Positions 1-7,545 of a stretch of 64,000 nt of DNA are shown here, piece after piece (position 1 is the first letter of the stretch; each line of letters begins with the position of its first letter). The notes below the pieces were generated by a model. That model made no database searches, was not told the origin of the DNA, and was given only the letters and a program-made list of their open reading frames with translations. The DNA is from an uncultured Candidatus Obscuribacterales bacterium (lineage in GTDB: Bacteria > Cyanobacteriota > Vampirovibrionia > Obscuribacterales > Obscuribacteraceae): assembly GCA_964615655.1 (NCBI GenBank), contig CAZTQO010000018.1:854-64853 (forward strand), in the 5' to 3' direction. Made by a program: the position numbers and the translations under genes.

Positions 1-2631
1 GCCGTGGATGAAGTCCAGGAGATCCACACGCTCAAGCAAGCGGTCGGTGCCCGGCTCGACGATCTCTCGCTCGGAGAGAATCATCTCGTGCAGGCGGTAG
101 ACCATGCGGAAGTGCTTGGGGACCTGGAACGGTCCATCATGGTGCTCCCAGACCGAACCCGGCATGCCCCAGATGAAGTCGTTCTTGCGAATCGGAGCCA
201 GCAGTTTGCTCACAAGCGGGAAGCGGTGCGAGAGACGCATCAGGTACATCTTGAAGCGCTGGCCGAGGAAGCCGTACCAGTCGGCGTGCATTCCGAGTTG
301 CAGGGTCGGGTGCTGCAGCAGATCTTCGGTCCACTGAATCGTGTGGATGCGTGCGATCTGCGCCACGTTCACCTTGCGCGCCATCTGGAACAAGTTCTCG
401 TCGTCCCAGTCCGGGTGGAAGTAGGCGTAGTGCTCGGCGATCGCGTTGTGCTCCATCACAAAGAGCCAGTGCAGGAAGCTCAGGAGCGCGTTGAAGTTGT
501 TGTTGAAACCGGTCTGGTCGATGCCGGCTTTTGAAGGATCTTCGGGCAGGCGCAGATCAGATCCGAGCCTCATCTTGCCTTGCTCAAACGAGCGCAGCGG
601 ATTGAGTTCGCTTTCGTCCGAGCCGTAAATTTGCCCCTGAATCCAGGCCACCGTCTTTTCATTGAGTGGCGTCGGGCGGCCGTTCTGGGTCAGGCGCGTG
701 TGGTCGACCGAGCTGCGGTCGATGCGGGCTTGATTTCCGGGCCAGTTCTCTTTTGGGTCGCGTGCCATCAGGTGAGGGCACTGGCTTACAGGGTCGCGCT
801 TGGTGTTGCCACCGAAGTTGTGGAACTGGAACTGAATCCAGCCACCGGCCATGTCGTTCAAGATCATGGCAGGAATCGTGATTTCGCGACCGTTGTCGTC
901 GAGTCGGCGCCAGCGGAGCCTGCCCACTTCACGAGCCGAAGGCGTAATGTTCTCCACGTCCGGTCGAACTTTCTTGGGAGGAATGTTCGAACCGAAACGA
1001 GTATTTGGAGTTCCCATTTGCGGGTTGTCCCTGTCGGACACCCAGCTGCCATCAGCTGTGATACAGTGCTTCGCTGTAGTCGGTTCTTTGCCGTATTCTT
1101 TGTTGTCGTTGGTCGCGTAGTCGTACGGGTCGGTGAGCGCGTTGGAGCGGTTGAAGCGGATTTTGGCAAGCAGGTAAAGCAGGCCGAGATAGGGCGGCCA
1201 CTTGTCCCAGCTGACCTTGCGGTTCCGGTCCCGCGAAAGCATCCGGTTCAGGGTTTCCATCACCCAGTAGAACATGTTCCACCAGACGTACTTGATCGGC
1301 CCGATGCCTTCGCGTCTGGACTTCGGGCGCCAGGCGCCGGTTGCGTCGGTGCCGTTGCCGGTTCCGTTGCTGTTGCTGTCGCTTTTCTTGCTGCCGAATC
1401 CGAATGGGCAGCCAGATGATCCGTCGGTTTTGTCGGTTTTGTCACTGTTCATACGGTTTTGTCCTTGCTTGGAAAAAAAACAGAAGCGCGTCTTCTTGCT
1501 CCGTTTGCCGCGGCGTCCGCTGCGCAGATCCTGGCTCGATTTGTATACGAGCAGGCGTGCGCGGTTGAGACTGCCGAGCGGGCGGAACCCATTTGCCGAG
1601 TTCCAGGGGTTGAACTCGAGGTTTTCGACCTGAGCCTGAGCTTCGAGAGCTTCAGCTGAGTCGAGATTTTGTTGCGGAATCACAATCTCGGCGATCGTGA
1701 GCAGTTCGGTCGGCCAGATCACCGAGCCGTCTTCAACGGGCGTGCTCTTCTCGTTTGCGAAGAACTGAACCTGGAACTTGAAAGTCACCGGTCCCTTCTT
1801 TAGGCGTTCGACCAGATCTTCACGCAAGTAGCTGTCCGAGGGCTGCATTTCGACGTCGCAGCTTTGCCCCGGGGCGATCTGGAAACGAACGGCCTGGTCG
1901 CCGAAAGCATATGCCGAGCGGCTGAAGTAAGTTTCGGTGCAGAGGCTCTTGACCTTGCGCTTGACCTGGCCAATTACGGTCCGGAACATGCGCACGGTTT
2001 CGAAAAGCCCGACTCCGAAGACAAGCCGGGGCAGAAGCAGGAGCTTGGAGCCCGAGCTTGCCTTTGCAAAAGTGATGAACTGCCTGGCATCGCGCGCATG
2101 ATTAGCCGGCCCGTTGGTGGCCAGGAAATCGTGAATCTCACCGGCGGGGGTAGAGACTCGAAGCGCGATACCACGCAGATCTTTGGCAGTGTCCGGCTTG
2201 ATCACACCGCCTGCGTTCGAAAAACGAATCGCAACAGGCATGGATGCGCCGGGCTGCAGGAAGCCGACCTGAAGCGCTTGCGGGATGTCTTCAAGCACGC
2301 GGAATTCGGCGTTGGCGATGCCTGCCTGAATTTTCGCGTGGAAAGCTCGCCCGAAAGAACAAGCCTTGCCTGCTTTCTTGTTGTTTTCCTGAACTTCGTT
2401 GATCTCGTCCATGGCTTGCTGAATGAATTCAGCTTCGGCTGCAGCTGAGCCGCCGAGAAAGCGCTCTTTCCAGCCGAGACCGAGGGGGTTCGTGCTTTGA
2501 GCTTGCTTCTTGCCGAAAAAGGTCTTGAACGGACAGCGAGATTCTGTCTGGTCTGGCGTACGCTTGCGACCCCAGAGTTTGCTTACAAGGACTGCCAGCA
2601 GAGCCAGAAGTCCCATGATTGCTGTACACAT
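1..2631 (-). CDS. Catalase-related hemoprotein fused in frame to an alpha-dioxygenase/cyclooxygenase-like heme peroxidase domain (partial; C-terminus lies beyond window start)
   Basis: Hand translation of the minus strand from ATG 2631-2629 (AGGAAGGAG about 8 nt upstream). N-terminal hydrophobic anchor MCTAIMGLLALLAVLV. Catalase-core motifs: GRAFHAK (2332-2352), RFSNAGG (2206-2226), DLRGIAL (2161-2181), RARLLVYKSS at the proximal-Tyr position (1534-1563). Peroxidase motifs: GGWIQFQFH (820-846), HWLFVMEHN (445-471), YRLH (88-99). The frame stays open to position 1, which explains its absence from the supplied track. The + strand ORFs listed here are shadows. Confidence 0.8.
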   Translation of the reverse strand, partial: MCTAIMGLLALLAVLVSKLWGRKRTPDQTESRCPFKTFFGKKQAQSTNPLGLGWKERFLGGSAAAEAEFIQQAMDEINEVQENNKKAGKACSFGRAFHAKIQAGIANAEFRVLEDIPQALQVGFLQPGASMPVAIRFSNAGGVIKPDTAKDLRGIALRVSTPAGEIHDFLATNGPANHARDARQFITFAKASSGSKLLLLPRLVFGVGLFETVRMFRTVIGQVKRKVKSLCTETYFSRSAYAFGDQAVRFQIAPGQSCDVEMQPSDSYLREDLVERLKKGPVTFKFQVQFFANEKSTPVEDGSVIWPTELLTIAEIVIPQQNLDSAEALEAQAQVENLEFNPWNSANGFRPLGSLNRARLLVYKSSQDLRSGRRGKRSKKTRFCFFSKQGQNRMNSDKTDKTDGSSGCPFGFGSKKSDSNSNGTGNGTDATGAWRPKSRREGIGPIKYVWWNMFYWVMETLNRMLSRDRNRKVSWDKWPPYLGLLYLLAKIRFNRSNALTDPYDYATNDNKEYGKEPTTAKHCITADGSWVSDRDNPQMGTPNTRFGSNIPPKKVRPDVENITPSAREVGRLRWRRLDDNGREITIPAMILNDMAGGWIQFQFHNFGGNTKRDPVSQCPHLMARDPKENWPGNQARIDRSSVDHTRLTQNGRPTPLNEKTVAWIQGQIYGSDESELNPLRSFEQGKMRLGSDLRLPEDPSKAGIDQTGFNNNFNALLSFLHWLFVMEHNAIAEHYAYFHPDWDDENLFQMARKVNVAQIARIHTIQWTEDLLQHPTLQLGMHADWYGFLGQRFKMYLMRLSHRFPLVSKLLAPIRKNDFIWGMPGSVWEHHDGPFQVPKHFRMVYRLHEMILSEREIVEPGTDRLLERVDLLDFIHG

Positions 2632-2665
2632 AAGCAGTTTTCTCCTTCCTGTGTGGTGAGATTTG

Positions 2666-2713
2666 AAAAAAACAGCAAGTCCCGCAAGCTGCTTTGAAGC
2701 GCTTATCGGGACT
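2666..2713 (-). promoter_or_regulatory. Terminator-like hairpin plus T7 tract about 35 nt upstream of the fusion-gene start (candidate attenuator, or late terminator of the upstream gene)
   Basis: Minus strand reads AGTCCCG-(22 nt)-CGGGACT, then TGCTG, then TTTTTTT (A7 at 2666-2672 on the + strand). The RBS and ATG 2631 follow. Confidence 0.3.
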
Positions 2714-3085
2714 GAGGGTGAGATTGATCTTGAGTTACCGCCGCAAGTGAATTGCGATTGCTTGAGTTGAAACTTGTCTTGTTGACTGGTTTTTCTTGCT
2801 TTACTTGCTTTGAGCGGAAATTGATAGGGTTACCTATTGGTAACAGTCTGCCGGGGGCTGAACACAAGCAAAAGTCACGGATGTGAAGCGTATTTTTGCC
2901 TAATCTGGGGATGTGGATTTAGCGCTAGCTACCGGTTGACTTAATTCTGCACTGGCTGGTCTGAAGCGATTTTGAAGTGAAAAGTCAGAGCGCTCTTTTT
3001 CTCTACAAAATCTGCCTGAATTTCCGAAATCTTGACAGCGCCTAACAGTTTAGTCCCCTGCTAGCTTTTGTTAATGCTGACAACC

Positions 3086-3103
3086 GTGAACACATGTGTT
3101 CAC
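3086..3103. promoter_or_regulatory. Perfect 18-bp palindrome GTGAACACATGTGTTCAC, candidate operator
   Basis: Exact inverted repeat (GTGAACACA/TGTGTTCAC) in the 550-bp non-coding gap between the M20 gene stop (3184) and the fusion-gene start (2631). Confidence 0.35.
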
Positions 3104-3183
3104 ATACGCTAGCTGGTGCAAGGTTGCGCAAAGCTAGATTGGTGCTGCTTTCAGTCTTTGAAATGAGACTTTTTGAAATAATT

Positions 3184-4365
3184 TCAGTCTTCCATTAATC
3201 TGAGAGCAGTTTCGGCAAGAATTGCCGGTCCAAGATAGAGACCGCTTTCGTCAATGTCGAAATCTGGACTGTGGTGGCTTCTGCGATAGTCTTTCATTTC
3301 GCCGCCCAGAAACATAAAGGCGCCGGGTGCGACTTCAGCAAGCATTGAAAAATCTTCAGACCAGGTTTTCAGCGGCAGGCTCACCACATTTGCTTCGCCT
3401 ATTAGATCAACTGCTGTTTTTTTTAAAATTTCTGCAATTTTCGGGTCGTTAACAGTTGGCGGGTAACCAAGCTCGTAATCGATTTTGTAATCAGCACCCA
3501 GTGCCCTTGCAAGTGAACATGCTTTTTCAACTTCTTCTCGCAGTTTTACTCTGACAGGCTCAGTGAAACTTCTTATGGTGCCTAAGAGCTCAACGCTGTC
3601 TGAAATTACGTTTCCTCTTGTGCTTGAACTTTGAATGGAGCCGATTGTAATTACTGCCGGTTCAAGTGCTGAAATGCGTCTTGAAACAATCTGCTGTATA
3701 GCGCTTACAACCTGGCAGGCCACGACAACAGAATCTACAGTGCTTTCAGGATAAGCTCCGTGACCGCCCTTGCCCTGTATAGTCACTCTGAATCCGTCGC
3801 AGGCAGCCATAACAGGTCCCGGCATGATTGCAACTTTGCCTGCCTCAAGTGATGAATCCATATGCAAGCCAATCACAGCTGAGACACCTTCCATGACTCC
3901 TTCTTCCACCATGCGAAATGCACCTGACTTACCTTCGCTGTCTGTGTCTTCTTCTGCAGGTTGCATGATCATTTTGAGTTTGCCAGCCAGGCTGTCCATT
4001 TGAGAAAGAAGTTTTGCAGTTGCAAGCCCGCAAGATACATGAGCGTCATGACCGCATGCGTGCATTACACCTTCATTTTTTGATTTATAGGGGCTCTTGT
4101 TGCTTTCCAGAATCGGCAGACCGTCCATGTCTGCTCTTACAGCAACTGTTTTTTTGCCGGCTCCAATTTCTGCTATTACCCCGGTTTTAGCAATTCCCTG
4201 TTTTACTGAAAAACCCAGGCTTTTAAGTTCGGCTGCAGCAAGCTTTGATGTTTCGCTTTCCTGAAAGCTCAGCTCGGGATGCTCGTGTAAATGGCGCCTG
4301 CGCTCGATTATTTCCTTTTCGAGTTCGCGCGCACGTGCAAGCATGTTCTGGTTTGAGGCTGGCAT
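3184..4365 (-). CDS. M20D-family amidohydrolase (N-acyl-L-amino acid amidohydrolase / hippurate hydrolase-like)
   Basis: 393 aa. MHACGHDAH metal-ligand motif, GKGGHGAYP, and length and layout typical of peptidase M20D. Confidence 0.85.
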   Translation of the reverse strand: MPASNQNMLARARELEKEIIERRRHLHEHPELSFQESETSKLAAAELKSLGFSVKQGIAKTGVIAEIGAGKKTVAVRADMDGLPILESNKSPYKSKNEGVMHACGHDAHVSCGLATAKLLSQMDSLAGKLKMIMQPAEEDTDSEGKSGAFRMVEEGVMEGVSAVIGLHMDSSLEAGKVAIMPGPVMAACDGFRVTIQGKGGHGAYPESTVDSVVVACQVVSAIQQIVSRRISALEPAVITIGSIQSSSTRGNVISDSVELLGTIRSFTEPVRVKLREEVEKACSLARALGADYKIDYELGYPPTVNDPKIAEILKKTAVDLIGEANVVSLPLKTWSEDFSMLAEVAPGAFMFLGGEMKDYRRSHHSPDFDIDESGLYLGPAILAETALRLMED

Positions 4366-4414
4366 TTTCTTTCCTGCTTTCTCGGATTTGTTTTTTTCGG
4401 TTCTTCAGTAGTTC

Positions 4415-4606
4415 TTAATCGGCAAAATAACCCTGGCGTTTTCCAGGTCCTGAGCTGCGGCTCGATGAAGCCAGTGCTTCTTCAACCATGCGACCGCCAA
4501 TTTTCAAAAGGGACTGAACAATGCATTCAATCTGGGCTTCTGTGAATTCAGCCTTTGTTTCTTCCATGTAGCGGCGAAAAATACCTTCTGCTTCTGATTT
4601 GAGCAT
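4415..4606 (-). CDS. Hypothetical small protein (63 aa)
   Basis: ORF with GAGGAAAG RBS before ATG 4606. Same strand as the M20 gene and immediately upstream of it. No recognisable domain. Confidence 0.45.
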   Translation of the reverse strand: MLKSEAEGIFRRYMEETKAEFTEAQIECIVQSLLKIGGRMVEEALASSSRSSGPGKRQGYFAD

Positions 4607-4873
4607 GACAAGCTTTCCTCAACTTCGTAGGGAAAAGCATTTTACCGCTGGTCCGAATAATAAGCAAAATAAGGGATAAAGGGTTCTTATCGAATACAGA
4701 GAGAATCAGGCTAGAAATGAGGCTGCGCTAACCGCGCCATTTGTCGGCAGCAGTGCTTGTTGATCCGGAAATCCGGTTTCGCTAGCTTTTGCGGGATGTA
4801 AAGCGCTGGAGGGGAGCTGAATTGTTAGGATCTTGATCTCTGTTTTGCTATCTTAATCTTGTATTTAGATTCT

Positions 4874-4937
4874 CCCCCTTAATCTGAAAACATCACCCCC
4901 TCAAGAAAAAACCCCCAGACCATTAACGTTTGCCCCC
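4874..4937. repeat. Four C5 tracts (CCCCCT/CCCCCA) spaced 16-22 nt apart in an AT-rich divergent promoter region
   Basis: C5 at 4874-4878, 4896-4900, 4912-4916 and 4933-4937. These are G5 runs on the minus strand. Confidence 0.6.
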
Positions 4938-5003
4938 TCTTTAGAGTAATATGTGCTCTGTGGTTGCAGCTTGCCTGAGGATTTTGTCTTGTCCGGGGTG
5001 CTT

Positions 5004-5672
5004 ATGAGTAAGGGATTCAGCCTGAAAGCTCTCTTTCTTGCTTTGCTTCAAAACGCCTTTTCCTGGTTTGTGCAGAAAAAAGCCGATAAGGGTCACCTTG
5101 AAGTTGAGCGCAAGTTTTCGATCAAACGTGAAGAAAGCGAGTCGCTTGCTTTGCGATTGCGTGAACTTGGCTTCAGCCCTTCAGGCAGCGTGACCATGAC
5201 CGACACATTCTTACCTGCCAGGCTTAAAGGCGAAATGATGAGGGTTCGTGATGAAGTCACAGCCGGCCATCCTGTTCGCAGCATCTTTACGCTGAAGAGC
5301 TGGGTGCATATGGACGGCGGTGGCAAGGAAAGGCAGGAAAGCGAAACTGAAGTCAACTCGTTGCTTAGAACGTTGGCAATTATAATCGCACGTTATGTGA
5401 GTGAGAGCGAGCTACTGAGCTTCAGCAAGGAAAGAGCTCTTTTCGAGGGCAGTCTTGACGGGAAGGAGCTTGTGGTCAGTATTGATCGTGTAAGTGGTCT
5501 GGGCAAGTACTCGGGACACTTTCTTGAAATAGAGTGCATTGTGCCGCTTGGAGCTGACCCGCAAGAGGCACGCGAGGTGATTTTTAAGCTTGTGGAGTTG
5601 CTGCTTGGTGCGCCGCGTGAAGATGTAAAACGCTCTTACCTGGAAATGCTGCAGCTTTCAAAACAGGCTTAG
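5004..5672 (+). CDS. CYTH-domain protein (CyaB-type class IV adenylyl cyclase / triphosphate tunnel metalloenzyme family)
   Basis: EVERKF signature at the domain start and a FLEIECI acidic strand near the C-terminus. The ORF is open from GTG 4953; ATG 5004 is the first ATG, so the start is uncertain. Confidence 0.7.
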   Translation: MSKGFSLKALFLALLQNAFSWFVQKKADKGHLEVERKFSIKREESESLALRLRELGFSPSGSVTMTDTFLPARLKGEMMRVRDEVTAGHPVRSIFTLKSWVHMDGGGKERQESETEVNSLLRTLAIIIARYVSESELLSFSKERALFEGSLDGKELVVSIDRVSGLGKYSGHFLEIECIVPLGADPQEAREVIFKLVELLLGAPREDVKRSYLEMLQLSKQA

Positions 5673-5728
5673 TTATAAGCGCTCCGCTTGCTGCCTCCAG
5701 CAGCTCGCTCCGCGCGTTAATCCGCTGC

Positions 5729-5757
5729 GCAATGCAATGCTCCTCGCATCGCATTGC
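5729..5757 (+). other. 12-bp stem hairpin (GCAATGCAATGC / GCATCGCATTGC, 1 mismatch) downstream of the CYTH gene
   Basis: Inverted repeat with a 5-nt loop and no U tract. It marks the start of the high-GC patch. Confidence 0.35.
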
Positions 5758-6002
5758 TACGCCTGGACTAAGTTTCTAAAACAATGCAGTTCAGACGCAT
5801 GGACATCATCTTCCGGGTGTCCGCGCGCCTGCACTGCAGGACTGGTATCGGCTGCGCTTCGCAAGAACTGCAGTCGAATTTCGACTCGCCTTTAGAGGCA
5901 AACTTGGCGGCTTGAAAGAGCAGCCATTTCTTTTTTCACTGCGGGCGCTCCTGTTGACGCCCGTAACAACCAACGCTGCAAATGCAGCAAAAGGAGAATG
6001 TT

Positions 6003-7454
6003 ATGAGCAAGAAGAATTCCACCAAGTTCGTGGTTGTGGACCACAGTGAACTCAGCGCTGCCGAAGTCGCCTTCGCCGAACAGTTCGGTTCCCGCGTCAT
6101 CGGCCAGCCCGCTGCTCTTCGCGTCGCCCAGCTGGCCTACAACATGGCGAGGAATCCGCTGCGCGACCGTAGCCGCCCGATCGGCATCTTCTACCTGGCC
6201 GGTCCGTCCCGTACGGGTAAGTCGCTGACCGGTGTCACGCTTGCCGAGATCTTCCACAACGACCCGGACGCGCTCACCCGCATCCAGGCGTCCGACTACA
6301 CCGAGGACCACCAGCTCCTGGAGCTCAAGGGTGCGCCTCCCAGCTACGTCGGCTTTCGCGATCCGAAAGATCCGAAGAACAAGCTGGCTGACCACGACAT
6401 CGACCCCTATTCGGTGGTGTCGCCTCACAACCTCAAGCGTGTTCGTCTGAACTCGCAGGAGGAAGTGGACATCGTCGTGATAGAGGAGTTCGAGAAGTCC
6501 AGCCCGGACTTTTACAAGTTCTGGATGGGCGTGTTCGACAAGGGTGTCGCGCGTCTGGGCAACGGTCAGATTGCCGACTTCCGCAACACCATCTTCATCC
6601 TGACCTCCAACATCGGCATGGACAGGCTGGAGAAGGAGCAGAAGGAGCCCATGGGTTTCATCACCAGTGCTCGCAAGACCACTGTCGTGGATGTCGAAAC
6701 CGTGGTGACCGAGGAGATGCGCCGGGCCTACAAGCCGGAGTTCCGCAACCGTCTTGACGCGGTTGTAGTCTTCCAGCCCTTCAACTCCGAGACGCTGCTT
6801 GCAATCGTCGACTCCGAAATTTCGCTGGTGCAGAAGCGCATCACCGAGACGATGGAAGCCGGCGAGGACTTCATGATCGAGGTGACTGCCGAGGCCAGGA
6901 AGTTCATGCTTCAGAGTGTCGACAACAACGTGGCCGAGCTCAAGCGGGTGATCAACCGCGACCTGCTCATGCCGCTGGGTCGTTTGCTTTCGACCGACAA
7001 ACTGAACGGTGGCGACATCGTGCGGGTTTCGGTTACAGGCGACGGCACGGCGCTTGAGTTCTCGGTGGCGGCCGGTGCCTATGGCGTGCCTGCTCACGAA
7101 GAGCAGATCGCCAAGATGGGCGTGCGCCATGGTGTCAACCTGGGCCTGCAGCGCGAGATCCGCAAGGCGGCGCTTGTCGACGGCAAGATCCAGGAGTGGA
7201 ACGTGATCGCGAGTGCTCCCGGCAAGAAGCAGAGCTTCAAGCTGGCTGCCGAGCTGCTCAACACCATGGAGAACGTGCTCGAGCTGGAAGTGACCCATGT
7301 GTCCTACCAGCGCGTGGCGCCGTATCTCTTCACGGTGATTCTGCGTGCGAACAAAGAGCAGGTGAATCTGCTTCAGCGTTTGCATGTCGAGGATGATCTC
7401 TCGGTCTACCCGATCGACCCGGAGCAGAAGAAGCTGCCGGCTCCGACCAAGTAA
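6003..7454 (+). CDS. Orphan AAA+ ATPase resembling the D2 module of ClpA/ClpB/ClpV, with an unassigned ~150-aa C-terminal region
   Basis: VIGQPAAL...RPIGIFYLAGPSRTGKS (Walker A). PPSYVGF. VVIEEFEKS in place of the usual DEIEKA Walker B. ILTSNIG (sensor 1). PEFRNRLDAVVVF. AAGGAG RBS 6 nt before ATG 6003 (the track start at 5982 is also possible). About 65% GC. Confidence 0.75.
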   Translation: MSKKNSTKFVVVDHSELSAAEVAFAEQFGSRVIGQPAALRVAQLAYNMARNPLRDRSRPIGIFYLAGPSRTGKSLTGVTLAEIFHNDPDALTRIQASDYTEDHQLLELKGAPPSYVGFRDPKDPKNKLADHDIDPYSVVSPHNLKRVRLNSQEEVDIVVIEEFEKSSPDFYKFWMGVFDKGVARLGNGQIADFRNTIFILTSNIGMDRLEKEQKEPMGFITSARKTTVVDVETVVTEEMRRAYKPEFRNRLDAVVVFQPFNSETLLAIVDSEISLVQKRITETMEAGEDFMIEVTAEARKFMLQSVDNNVAELKRVINRDLLMPLGRLLSTDKLNGGDIVRVSVTGDGTALEFSVAAGAYGVPAHEEQIAKMGVRHGVNLGLQREIRKAALVDGKIQEWNVIASAPGKKQSFKLAAELLNTMENVLELEVTHVSYQRVAPYLFTVILRANKEQVNLLQRLHVEDDLSVYPIDPEQKKLPAPTK

Positions 7455-7545
7455 CTAACTAAGCCTGGTGCTCTCTGAGCACTGGCGGGAAGGTGCCTAG
7501 TCCCCTCACGGGGATCTGGCATCTTCCTTTATTTGCTCGGTCTAG

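Noticed and set aside
4-2448. Plus-strand ORFs in the first 2.6 kb (4-534, 580-1419, 1864-2448 and smaller ones)
   Set aside because: They are antisense shadows of the GC-rich minus-strand catalase/peroxidase ORF. Their translations are R/A/V/G-rich with no motifs, whereas the minus strand gives clear heme-enzyme signatures.
5686-5698. 13-mer AGCGCTCCGCTTG shared with the 3-prime end of the ABC exporter gene (50129-50141), suggesting an ABC-gene remnant after the CYTH gene
   Set aside because: Translating upstream in that frame hits a stop after about 28 codons with no ABC motifs, so this is most likely coincidence.
5892-7385. 497-aa minus-strand ORF opposite the Clp-like ATPase
   Set aside because: It is a shadow ORF of a ~65% GC gene. 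It is low-complexity (L/R/H/V/G-rich) with no RBS or motifs, while the plus strand shows complete AAA+ motifs.
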